Source: Elsinoe ampelina (taxonomy: Eukaryota). From it: 64,000 nt of DNA. Below are positions 37,085 through 50,000 of this stretch, piece after piece (position 1 is the first letter of the stretch; every line of letters starts with the position of its first letter). A program made the translations under genes and the position numbers. Below the pieces are notes generated by a model. The model had not been told where the DNA came from, did no database searches, and worked only from the letters and a program-made list of their open reading frames with translations. The DNA lies in NCBI GenBank assembly GCA_010093995.1, contig ML992509.1, positions 728,178-792,177 of the forward strand, read 5' to 3'.

Positions 37085-38831
37085 GGTGTGAAGGAGTAGA
37101 AGTTCAAATAGACGTTGTCGTGAAAGCTCCGCGGAGGTGTATGCAAGATGAGGTGAGCACGGCAGCACCGCAGCTGTCAAAAGCCACGCGCCTAGTCGGG
37201 GTCGCGTTTCTTCTCAAGCTTCACAGAGCGCGACGCCTGGTGTCCCCAAAGCAACTTTTGTGGGGTTGTGGGTAGCCAAGATCACTCTCCCGAATCGGCT
37301 CCGATGTGGACAGGTTCCGAAGGTCGCTGGCATCGTTTCTACTGCACCGACGTCGTCTTTGTGGTGGCAGAAGGATCACTGTTGGTCACGCTGTGCCGCT
37401 GACTGACCGACTTCTTGCCAGCCATCTGGCTTTAATGTTCATCACCGGCACACGGCCTGCCTCGATGCGGCCCGTGGAGTGAGACATGCACATGCAAGAT
37501 CCTTCTTCAATACGTGAGAATTACGAGCTTCTCTGAAACGGTCACAATTTTTGTGGTCGACCTCGTGGTCAAGGCCGAATTGGCTTCAAAACGTCGCGTC
37601 CACGAGGACATGTACAGTAGGACCTCTATATACCGTTAGCTGCGTGAATCGGCCGATTAACGGTATAGCCAAGATATCGGTGTGTCAAATAAGGTGGTGT
37701 AACTACTTTAAAACCTCTTAATTCTGTAGTCTATTACCTTATAAAGAACTTATAAATAGCTAGCTGCCTTATAGAGGCTCTTAAGTATACTTAAATAATC
37801 TTATAATACTTCTCTACCTCCTTTAGTAGCTTAAAGTTATACTCCTCCGACTGCTCCTTATATAGCTAAAGCTATGCTAGTGTAGTTAAAGCCTCTAAGT
37901 GCTTTATACACTAGAGTACCTCTACTGTCTTATTCTCTTCTTTATACTCTAGTATAGGTGTATATTACTTAGTAATAGAGAGAAGAAAGGCCTCTCTAAT
38001 CTCTTTATAAGTATCTTTAACCTCCTCTTTCTCCGGCTATAGTAGGCTAGCGATAGTTATTGCTAGATAGATAGTATTTCTAAGCTATAGAGTATATAGC
38101 TACTATTATACTTCTACTTCTATCTTCTAATTAATAGGCTTTAGTAGAGGAGCTTAGTTCTACTAGTGGAGTTACTCTCTTTACTACGCTTTAAAGGTAA
38201 GAAGGCCTTTAACCTTACTAAGAAGAGTTAAATAAAGCTAGTAATTAGTAATAGAAGTTACTAATACTTTATTCTAAGCCTAGAGAGTATTATAGATAGC
38301 CTTTAGTATATTAATTATTTTTATAGAATTATATAAGAGTTTAATCTTCTCTAGTATATAAGTAAGCTAGCGCTTCTAATAGTAGGCCTTAAAGTAGTAA
38401 ATAACCTCTTAATCTAGAGGCTAGTACTTACTTATAGAGTTTACTAGTAGCTAGATAATCTTAATATTAGTAACTTTATATTAAATTACTATAACTATAT
38501 ACTTATATACTAAGAAGTTATTAAGAAGAAGAGTAATCTAGAGGAGCAAATTTAGTATATATAGCTTATATAATATAAAATTGCTACTTACCTTCCTACT
38601 ACTTACCTTCTTATTTAACTACCTTAAGTACTCTTTAAAGATTAAACTAGTTATCTAAGATGTCTTATTTGCTTACTAGAATATATTCTAGCGCTTAATA
38701 TCGACTCTAGTAGCTTTAAAACACTATAGTACTTTAGTATTACTAATAATCTAAGGCTTTAGCTTATAGTTACTAGAGACATTATAAGTAAAAAGTACTA
38801 AGAGCCTCTTCTTACTACGCTTAGTACTAGG

Positions 38832-39034
38832 TAATACGAGATAGATACGAACTAGATTTAGTTAGGATCTAGTTTAGATTAGTTACGTAATCTTAGTATT
38901 ATAGTCTAAGCTTCTAGCCGCTTTACTCTCGATATTATATATACTTTATATACTAGCTTTTCTTCTTCTTCTTCTAAGTCTCGATATCTTAACGAATAGA
39001 CGTAATTAACCTCTTGTCTTACTAGTTGTAATTA
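38832..39034 (+). repeat. Gypsy 5' LTR
   Basis: Direct repeat of 44883-45085. The TA..TA termini are consistent with RIP-mutated TG..CA. Confidence 0.92.
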
Positions 39035-42000
39035 CTATATTAAGACTTTAAAGAAGCTATAACTAAGTAATAGAGCTATTAAACTATCTAGTTATTCTAC
39101 TACTTACGTAACTACTAATAACTACCACTTATAAAGAATTAAAAAAGAAGCTATTATAACTATAGTTCCTACGTACACTGTAATAGATCCTCGCTACTAC
39201 TATATAGGTTAATACTATAAACTCTAAAGATATAAGAAAAAGGTAATAAGTCGAGTTATAGACGACTCTTAAAGGAAGTAGGCTACTAGCTAAAAATTTT
39301 AATATTTTCTTTATTATGTATTAACTTTTTATATTGTTCTATTTACGACTAACTACGCTAAGTATAGCTCGATCTAACTATAGCGACGAAGAGCGCTACT
39401 AAAGTAAGCTACCTTAACCTATCCTCGATAATAATAACACCTCTATCTACTCTCTCTACTATAATCTTTTTACTCTCTTTAACGCTATACTCCTTAAGAA
39501 GCTATAGAAAGAGTATAGTATATAGGCACTAAGAGACGTATTTAACTATATTAAGTCCTTCTATAATAAGTAAACTACGTAGGTAAAAGGCGCTTATACC
39601 GACGCTCTCTACTATTACTATAAGTTAAATACTACTTAGGCCTAGCTTAGTAACCTCTAATCTAAACTAGACGTATCTTAGTCCTATACTAATAGCGTTA
39701 CTACCTAAGCTACTCGCTACCTAGACAAAATCTAAGAGCTTAAGGCTAAGGTAGACTAACTAAAAAACGAAATAGAGTATAGTATACTAGCTCTTTCTAT
39801 ACGTAGCTCTACCTTATTAGAAAAGATACTAGACTCTACTATCTTTAGTATAGGTACACTAGAGTAGTTTAAGGTCTTTAAGCACTAGATAAGGAATAAG
39901 ATACGCACTAACGTAGATCGTTTCTCTATAAGAGATACCTAGTTTACCTATCTATACTTATATCTCTCTAGAGAAGCTTATACCCTTATTATAGACTTAG
40001 CCGGTAACGATATTATTAGCGTTAAAGAGGTTCTTACTCTTCTAGCCTAGCGCTTCGAGGATCCTAACTATAGAGCTACTATATATACTTAGTTTACTAA
40101 TCTCTTCTAGCGTAATAGCACGTTTAACTCCTTTATTAGCGAGTTTAATAAGTACGCTCTTTACGCTAAGATTACTAAAGAGAAGTAGCTATACTAGATC
40201 TATTAGAAGATATCTAATAAGCTATATAATGCTCTAGTTAACTACGATACTAATAACCTTACTGCCTTTATTACTAAGGCCTACGCTACTAACTATAACA
40301 TCTAATAGAATAACCTTATGACTAAGTGCACTTAGGCTTTACGTTCTATACTAGCTATAAGCTACGCTACTACTATACCTACTCGCATACCTTATTCTAC
40401 CTCCGCGCCTATAGCTCTATCTACCTTTTACTCTATCGCTAAAGGTGCTCTATAGCCTTTTCGTCTAGCTCTAGTACTTATCTATTATATATGTAGTAAG
40501 CCTAGATATATCTCTACTAAGTGTATAGCTAGCGCCTTAGAGAAGGCTACTTACGCTACTATATACCTCGTACGTATTAGCGCTATAGAGGAGATATAGT
40601 AGCTCTAGAATCGCTTAGCCGAGTTAAGTAACTAGGTCGATACTAGTTCGGCTTACGAACTAGATTTAGTTAAGCCTTAGTTCGACCCCGAAATAGACTA
40701 TAAGCCTACTCGTTTCTCTAGCTAGAGAAACGAGTAGCCGGAGGACAAGTTCTATTCTCTAGCGAAATAAGAGTAATTCGAGATAAATCTAGAGATATAT
40801 AGTTACTAAATAGTGTTATTAGCTACTATATCCCTACTATTATAACTCCTATTACTATTTATAACCTCTATAACCGCTCGTGCACTATTATACTTTAAGC
40901 CTTTATCGACACTAGCGCGCTTATTAGCGCCGTAGTTAATTATAATATTCTTAATAAGCTAAAGAGCTTCGGCTACTCTATAGTACTAGCTAGTTCTATT
41001 TAGCTTTAAGCCTATAACGGTGTTCTAATAGAGTAAGTTATATATAGTATTCCCCTTACTACTACCGTTTCTAGTAAGCTAAATAACCTTACTACCTTTC
41101 GTATTATAGATATTAGCTAATTTAACATTATTCTTAGCCTCGGCTAGCTTAAGGCTAATAGGGCTACTATCGACTATAAGTATAGCTAAGTTATATATAA
41201 AGAAGAGTTTTCGCCGATAGTTGTTAAGTAAGAGCTACTATAGCTAATTAAAAGGCTAGAATCTAGATCTAAGCCTAGCTTAGATCTAGGAACCTAGCTC
41301 GGCAAAGCTACTATTTTAGTTTAGAATTAGTTCGGTCCTAGTTTAACACGTAAACTAGGTCCTAGCTCGGCTACTAAGATAGAGCGAACTAGACTATATC
41401 GACTACTAGCTCTTAGGTTGAACTTTAAGCTAAATTAGAGAGAGTTTAAGCTAATCTCCTATAGTACTTAGTTAATGTATAAGTTCTTCTACGTACTTAC
41501 CTATATAAGTAACACTAAGTAAGAAGAGCTAACTATCGCTTTTATTAGCGCTACTACCTTTATATTAGTAGCTAAATACTAAGAGAATAAGGTATTTATA
41601 ATCTTAGTAAAGAATATTAAAGACTACTACTAGATAGTCTCCAAGCTAGAACTAGATTCTATAGTAGTCCTCCTAGAGGAGTTATAGAAGTTTACTAATA
41701 TCTTCTCTAAAGAATAATCTAATATACTTCCTTAGTATCGGCCGGATTTTAACAACTGTATTATACTTAAAGATAGCGCTAAGCTACTACGTATAGAGCC
41801 TTTATACTACCTATCGCTAGAAGAACTTAATATAGTAGAATAATTCATCTAAGAATATCTTAATAAAGGCTTTATTACACTAAGTTCCGCTAGCTATTCC
41901 TTACCTATTCTCTTTATTCGTAAGCTAGGTAAAGGACTCTATCTCTACGTTAACTACTATAGCCTTAACAAGGTAACTAAGCGAGACATCTATCCTCTAC

Positions 42001-44882
42001 CTCTTATTAAAGAAACACTTACGCGCGTAAGTAAGGCTAAATAGTTTAGTAAGATCGACATCTATTAAGCCTTCTACTACCTCTATAACTCCGTCGATAG
42101 TAAAGATCTTACTATATTCTCTATATATATAGGCAACTTTAAGTAGCTAGTAATACTATTTAGCCTTACTAATGCCTCTATAGTCTAGTAGAGGTTTATA
42201 AATTATAACTTTGTTAATATACTAGAGTACTTCGTATCGATCTACCTAGATAATATTCTTATTTATATAAACGGCTCCTACTGAAAGTACGCTAAGTATA
42301 TTAAGCTAGTACTCTAGAGGCTCTACGAATTAGACCTAAACGCTAACATTAAGAAGAGTAAGTTCTACCTAATAGAGGTAAAGTATCTTAGTATTATTAT
42401 TGGCCGAGATAGAGTTAAAATAGATCTAAAGAAGATAGAAGCTATACGAGCCTAGAAATAGCTAGCTCCTAGTAATACTACTTAGGTAAGAAGCTTTATT
42501 AGTTTCTATAGCTACTATCGCCACTTTATTAAGGAATTTAGCACTATCACTAAGCCACTAAATAATCTCCTTAAGAAGGACACTATACTATAGAACGATA
42601 AGTGTACTACTATATTTAACTATATAAAGTATACTATTATAAGTGTACCTATCCTTATGTATTTTAATCGCTCGAAGTAGATAGTTCTTAAGACTAACGT
42701 CTCTAATACTACTACTGCTAGAATTCTATTATAATACGATAAGTCTAACGTTCTCTAGCCTATTACCTTTTTTAGTAAATCTATAAATAAAGCTAAATAT
42801 AACTACGCTATCTACGATAAGAAACTACTAGTAATTATCTAAGCCTTCGAGGAATAAGCCTTTAAGCTTATAAGCACTTAATCCGATAAGGCTATCTACG
42901 TCCTTACTAACTACTAATTCTTAATACACTTTATAAAGACTTAGAAGCTGTTACGCTACTAAGTACGCTAGGCTCTTTACCTTATGTAGTTTAACTTTAA
43001 GATTATATATAGGCCTAGCGCTACTAACGGTAAGGTCGATACACTTATAAGAAGAAATAGAGATATACTATATTCGAGAGAAGACTCTAATCTATACTAG
43101 ACGCTACTACTATATAAGGTGCTAGATTAGCGTATTATTAACGAACTAAATCTAGGTCGTATTCGAACTAGATTACTAATCTAAGCCGAACTAAGATCTA
43201 GTTTAGTATCTAGTTCGTAGACTAGTTTACTATCTAGTTTACTACCGATTTTACCTTCTATTTCGCTACCTATATTAGCGCCTATTTCGGCCGCTAAACT
43301 AGGTATCTACGTAGTACCTATCTTAGCTACGAAAGAACCTTTACTCCTTTTCGAAGAAGTAGCTAAAGCTAACTTACGAGACGCTAAGTGCGAAATAGTT
43401 AGAGGCATCTACTATATAATAGAGGCCTTTCTAAAGAGGAAATAGCTACTATCGAGCGATATTACTATTAATAAAGGAGTGTTATAGGTCGCCGGCTAAC
43501 TATTCGTACTATAGTTAATAGCTATAAAGGTTATCTAAGAAGTCTATATATCGAAGAACTATATATATAAAGGAGCTACTAAAACGGCTACTATAATTAA
43601 GACTACCTTTTATATCCTAAGCTATAATAACTTTATTAAGAGGTTCGTAGCTAACTATTATAACTATAAGCGCTTAAAGGCTTACTATAGCTTACTAGCT
43701 AGCCTCCTATTGCTATTACCTATTCCGGTAAGACCTTAGTAATATATTACTATAGACTTCGTTACTAGCCTACCTCTAGTAGATAGCTATAATATAGTAC
43801 TATATATTGTCGATTACTTGTCTAAGGAGCGACACTTAATCTCTTATCTCTAGAGAGAAGAAGAAACCTCTACGTTCGAGATAGCTAAGCTATTATTCTT
43901 CTATATATAGAAACTATATAGCCTACTAGATAGTATTACCTCTAACTACGGCTCTTAGTTCGTTAGCGACGTATAGAAGAGACTCTACTAGATCCTAAAG
44001 ATTATAGCTAAGCTATCTACTACTAGCTACCCTTAAATAGATAGCTAATTAGAAGTTATAAACCGAGAGTTTAAATAAGTTATTTAATTCTATATAATAT
44101 AGTTTAGTAATTAGACTCTTATTCTACTAGTTATAGAGTTCTCTATAAATGCTAACTCCTCGGAAAGTACTAAGCTATTACTATTTAAGGTAACTAGAGG
44201 ATATAAGCTAAGAATAAGCTTCTAGCCCCCTACTAACTTACTATTAATAAGAGCTAAGCTTAATAAGGCCGAAATTTACGCGCTTACTAAACAACTAGAA
44301 GAAGCTTTTACTATTACTAAAGCTAACCTTACTATTACTTAGTTACGAATAGTAGAGTAAGCTAATAAACACCGCTAGCTAATAGAGTTCGAAGCTAGCG
44401 ATTTAGTGTAGTTATTAACGAAAAACCTTCGGCTATAAGGCAATCTAAAGCTACTACTAAAGTATGTTAGTCCTTATAAGATCCTTAAAAAATAGTTGCT
44501 ATTAGTGTATAAGCTTAATCTACTAGCTACTCTATAAAGGATTTACTTTATATTCTATACTAACCTCCTTACTAAGTACTTAAATAACTCTCTACTAGGC
44601 TAAGCCTTTAAGGAACTACCTCTAGTAGAGATCGATAGTAAGAAAGAGTATAAGGTAGACAACGTAATTAATATATATATACTATAAGGGAAGCTAGTTA
44701 CTTATATAAGCTAGAAGAGCTATCTAGAGAATCTTACCTAGTAGCTAATCGACAACCTTAAAGGAGTAGCTAACGTGCTATATAACTATCTAGACTCTTA
44801 TATAAATAAGCTAAGGCCGAAATAAATTAATAAATAATATATAATAGTGTTTAAGAGTAAATATACTTAAGAGAGAGAGTAG

Positions 44883-45085
44883 TAATACGAGATAGATACG
44901 AACTAGATTTAGTTAGAATCTAGTTTAGATTAGTTACGTAATCTTAGTATTATAGCCTAGGCTTCTAGCCGCTCTACTCTCGATATTATATATACTTTAT
45001 ATACTAGCTTTTCTTCTTCTTCTTCTAAGTCTCGATATCTTAACGAATAGACGCAATTAACCTCTTATCTTACTAGTTGTAATTA
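44883..45085 (+). repeat. Gypsy 3' LTR
   Basis: Direct repeat of 38832-39034, followed by TSD CTAGG. Confidence 0.92.
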
Positions 45086-45390
45086 CTAGGTAGTAGTTAT
45101 AAGGCTAGAGAGTAATTAGGTATTATTATATAATAGAGACTAGTCTTATTAGTGTTATACTAATTATCTAAATAGTAGTACGATAAGTGCTCTTTTACCT
45201 TTATAAGCTCTTTAGTATACTTCTCTTTATTAATATTACTAGCCTTACTATAATAGATCCTCTACTTAATATTATATCTACTCTTAAAGCTAGTAAGCTA
45301 GCTATTAAAGAACTTTAGTATCTCTTAGTCTTTATACTAAGGTATTACCTTAAATAACCTCTTAGCTTACTCCTTTAAGAGAGCGCTAGT

Positions 45391-45590
45391 TAATACGAGA
45401 TAAATACGAACTAGATTTAGTTAGGATCTAGTTTAGATTAGTTATGTAATTTTAGTATTATAGCCTAGGCTTCTAGCTACTTTACTCTTAATATTATATA
45501 TGCTTTATATACTAGCTTTTCTTCTTCTTCTTCTAAGTCTCGATATCTTAACGAATAGACGTAATTCTCTTGTCTTACTAGTCGTAATTA
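45391..45590 (+). mobile_element. Solo LTR of the same Gypsy family
   Basis: Third LTR copy (200 bp, 3-bp deletion) with its own TSD CTAGT at 45386-45390 and 45591-45595. Confidence 0.92.
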
Positions 45591-47076
45591 CTAGTTACTA
45601 GTATTAGCTACTTAATTTTTAGCTACTACTAGAAGAGTATAGTCTCTAGCTCTAGAAGGTACTCTATTCTTCTTCTTTTACTATTAGGCTTAGCCTTATC
45701 TCTAGCCTTATAGTACTTCTAGCGGATAATATCGGAGATAGTAGATTAATAGATAGTATAACTCTAGAGGCAGCTAAAGTAATTAGCTAGCTACTACTAG
45801 CTATAGTAAGAATACTCTTTATAGCGCTAGATAACTACTACCTTCTAGCTAGCGGTAATAGTATTCCTTAGAGGCATAACGACTAACAATTAAATAGGCT
45901 GTTAGTACTAAAATTAGCACTTTATATATTAATAAAGAGCTTAGTTAACAAACGGATTAGTATAACAAGAGAGTAGCTTATTTGGTAGTAAAAAAAACAG
46001 TAAATTGTAACTCTAACGGAATAACCAAGATAACGGTATATAAACTAACGGTATATGCAGGTCCTACTGTAACACTGAAAATTGACTGGACACGAGGACT
46101 ATTCTCGCACGTCAAGAAGTGTGGTCTTGATGCCAGACCAAGTGCTCCTGCCACTCCGATTGGTCAACCGGCTGAAGTGGCAGAGAAGCAGGAGCGCGCA
46201 GGTGCGCGGTTGCTGTTTTTGGGCTTGCGGGTTCCACTTTGTTTGAGAGACACATCGATGAGATCAGTCCATCCAGATTCCGCGACAGCAAACGACACGC
46301 AATGCTAGCCAGTTCCCGTCCCGTAGATGCACTTTCGGAAAGCTTGGCTCACTGGTAGTTTGATCATAATGTTGTCTCGCCTACCAAAAATACAAGAAGT
46401 CTATGCCTGCCCATCTGCTTTGCCAATTGACCGCCAATTCTCACCACCCCCACTGCCCTACTCCTCGTACTACGGGCTAACAACCTGCCCGAGTGAGATT
46501 CGCTTTCTCACTTCAACTGGGCGCCAAGCAGACAATAGAGGCTGAGGGGATCGATTACGCACACGAGATCCCGCGCGAACTGACCTCCTGGGCTCCTGGG
46601 CTCAAAAAGATCAAGCTGATCATCCCCAGCGGCGCCAAAAGGCACCGAACGCTGCAACGTGGATCACCCGCATCTCCGTCGTCATCCGCGTATTTCCACT
46701 TCGGCCATAGACTAAAGTAGTCCAAAGGTCTTTACACCAGCCTCCTGCGACTATTCTCTCCTCCTTGGAATCGTCTCATTCGTGGTGGTTGATCTGTCCA
46801 GCACTGCACATTCGTTTCTCCGTCTGGATCCGCGTTACAAACACATCACCGCAAGTCCTTTAGGATCGTTGCGGCTCAACGTAATTCTGGCTTCATCTGC
46901 ACGAAACGTCTAGCATAGGATACAATCTCCGAGAAGGATTCTGGCTGAGCCGATACTTGACATAAATCTCTTGAACAAAGACAAGCCATCAGAGGCCGTG
47001 CAAGATAGCCACGCTGGCGCTTACAGAAAATTGAAGAGAAGTCACTTCCGCGAGAGCCGCGGGCCGTTTTGTCACG

Positions 47077-50000
47077 ATGCCACGACCAAGGGGTGAGTTG
47101 CGACACATCCAACACATACCTCTGTTCCGTCCGGACTCTAAGCTGACCACGTAACCTTCAGTTCTCAGTTTCGGCCTATTTGGTCAACCCAAATCTCCAG
47201 AGGTCGGACCATCCCCCACTTCTCCAACGTTCCCATCTCTCAGCAACCACCGTCGAAAACTCACGCTCGAAACCACGTCACCACAAGCACATGCCAGCGT
47301 AGACGACCTCACGCGGGGCTCGCCTTCTCCAAGTTCTGCACTGCAACAAAGAAATAGATCAGAATCAAGAGCATCGAGACCAACGTCCATGATACAGACC
47401 TACGCACCAACAACAATGGATACAGGAGATACGATACCTGAGTTACAGCCCATTTTCACGTTCTTGAACAGCCATAGCAACAAGCTGTACCAGGAGGGGT
47501 ACTTTCTGAAGCTCCATGATTTGGATTCGCGTACGTGATTCTGGAAACACATCCAAAATGCTGCTAACAACACATGTAGGTGGACGTCCCAGCGGAGACA
47601 GAACATGGACAGAATGCTTCGCTCAACTCGTCGGCACAGTCTTGTCCCTCTGGGATGCAGCTGCGCTCGATGCTGCAGGCGAGGAAGGTGAGGTTCTCCC
47701 AACTTTCATCAACTTGAGCGACGCGTCAATCAAGATGATCGAGTCCCTTCCAATCAACGGATCCAACAGCGGCAATCTTCAGAACGTACTCAGCATTTCC
47801 ACCGCGGCCAACAATCGTTACCTGCTTCATTTCAATTCCCTCAACTCTCTAACACAATGGACCGCGGGCATCCGGTTGGCCATGTATGAGCAGGCCACCT
47901 TGCAAGAGGCATATACGGGAGCTTTGATTGCCGGCAAAGGCAGACTTCTCAACAACATCAAGTCAATCATGGAAAGATCTAGGTTCAAATCGGAAGACTG
48001 GGCAAGAGTCCGGTTTGGCGCGGGTACACCATGGCGCAGATGCTGGTGCGTCATCTCACCTCCAGATCAGAAAGAGTACGAGAAGATGCAGAAAGAATCA
48101 AAGAAGAACAAGTACGAGAAGCCCAGGTTCCCAAAGGGTAACATCAAGTTCTACGATACAAGACGAGTCACGAAGAAGACGCAACCAATTGCGACCATTT
48201 CTGACGCATACGCCGCCTATGCCATCTATCCACAATCAAAGCCTCTCATTGATCAGTCGACCCTGGTCAAGCTCGAAGGCTTGGTCACAATCCACTCGTC
48301 GCCAGAGACGACTGCTGAGGGCTTCCTCTTTGTCATGCCGGAAGTACATCCTATGGTCACCGGATTTGAGATGATGCTCCGCTGGCTCTTCCCGGTATGG
48401 GACACATTCTGTCTTTACGGCAGGCCAAATCGTCTAATCTCAGACACGCTAGACCAGCGCGGTCTGATGTTCGGTCTTCCACAAAACCGCCGATATGGCT
48501 ATCTCGACATACTAGACATTTCTGGTTTAATCCACACCGAAGGCAGCCAGGCCTGGAGCGAGCGACAATGGAGATCTGAACTCAAGAAACTCACTTCGCA
48601 TCGGATGAACGCGACCGATTCGGAACCAGGCACGCCTTTGCGGCAGCGTCGTAACACTACAAGTCGGACTAGTTTGCCCGGCATGAACCGTGCCGGAGTC
48701 CGGTTTGATGACGACGGCGCGTCGCAATCCTCTCCAGTATCCCGCAAGGGCTCCCCGGCCCCACCAAACGACGACATCATTCAGCAAGGTCCTCGCAGAG
48801 CAGGTACCGCACCAGTCAATGGTAATACTCAAGGTCATAGACGATCAGTGTCCGACGCTCTCAACTACAAGAATCATCAGACCTCGACGCCATCGAGACT
48901 TTCGATTGATTCAAGTCGAGAAGACTTTGACCAAGCACCACGACCGCCAACCCACGGTGTTCCAGTCGGCAATCGTTTCGAGCCTGGACAGCTTGAACGT
49001 GTCAACTCCGAGCAGGAGCCACTCAACGACTCCTTTGAAGGGTTAAGCGTCAAAGCTGGTAGGCAGCCACTAACCCCAGTGGCTCATCCTCCTGCTTTCA
49101 TCCACCCTCCAAGCTCAAAGCCTCCTTCCAAACCATACCAAGCTCCTGAACTTCGTAGGGCGACGTCGGAGATGGACGCAGCTACGCTGCACCAAATGCA
49201 GGAAGCGACTCACGCGGAGAACCATAACGGATCAGGACCCTCCTACAACGGCAATGGTCCTCCAAATGAGGTAGCTATTCATGCAAGAAACAATTCTGGT
49301 GCACGTGCTGACGTTTCTCCCCGCAAAGAGATGGTAGGTCAGTTCAGACAGCAACAACTGCCCACCATTCCTGGCTCGCCACTCCCGCAACAGCCTCAAT
49401 TCCAACGACCCCTGACACCCAATGATGGGCCCCCTCCACCCCCTCAGCACACGTCACCTCGGATCGGCGGCACTCTCGAACGAAAGGCGGTACCTCTACG
49501 AACCCCAAGCTCCGAACAAGCTCCACAACGTAAGCCCGTGCCATCTCCGTTGCAGTCACCAGCGATTGAACGTCCTTCGTCACGATCGTCCACTACACCT
49601 TCGAGTGTGGGTGGCTTCAGCGACCAAATTATCGATGATCAAGCCCTCGAAGAGATCCTTCAAAACGATCGTACGTCTACTATGCAAAGCAGCGTCCCCG
49701 ACTACGACTCGGTCGACGGTGCCAGCATTCGAAGTACTCGCAAGCAGAATGTGGAGAAGCCAAGAACTGGCAGGCTGAAGACAGTTGGAGACACAACCAT
49801 GGCACCCGTCGTTGAGGAAAATCGAGCAAGAAGTAGGAGTGCAGGACGTTTGGATACTTTCTTCCAAGAGCAAGAGGCCGAGAAGAATGGTGATATGCCT
49901 GCGGTAAATTTCGGCCCGACCTATACGTACAAACCGTCTGGTCGACCAGGATCCCATGGAGCCTTGACTGCTGGAATGATTGACGGTCAGACTCCCTCTG

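Larger units (their letters stand above)
38832..45085 (+). mobile_element. Full-length chromodomain Ty3/Gypsy LTR retrotransposon, RIP-inactivated
   Basis: 203-bp LTRs at 38832-39034 and 44883-45085, with TSD CTAGG (38827-38831, 45086-45090). Remnants of a gag CCHC knuckle (~40480), RT YLD[D]ILI (~42243), integrase MDFVTGLP (~43750), GPY (~44470) and chromodomain (~44645-44790). Purine tract before the 3' LTR. Confidence 0.93.
37615..46069 (-). mobile_element. pogo-type Tc1/mariner DNA transposon, RIP-inactivated and interrupted by two LTR insertions
   Basis: 25-bp TIRs at 37615-37639 and 46045-46069 (23/25 identical, starting CAGTAGGACCT) with TA at both flanks. The minus strand de-RIPs to DDE_1 motifs (LLL[D]NF[SA]H, L[PP]N..SKY[Q]PLD[QG]VI..FKA). 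The element is ~1.99 kb once the insertions are removed. Confidence 0.9.

Noticed and set aside
37700..46000. AT-rich ORF-free blocks read as centromere, organellar or horizontally acquired DNA
   Set aside because: Fully explained by RIP-mutated TEs with TIRs, LTRs and TSDs.
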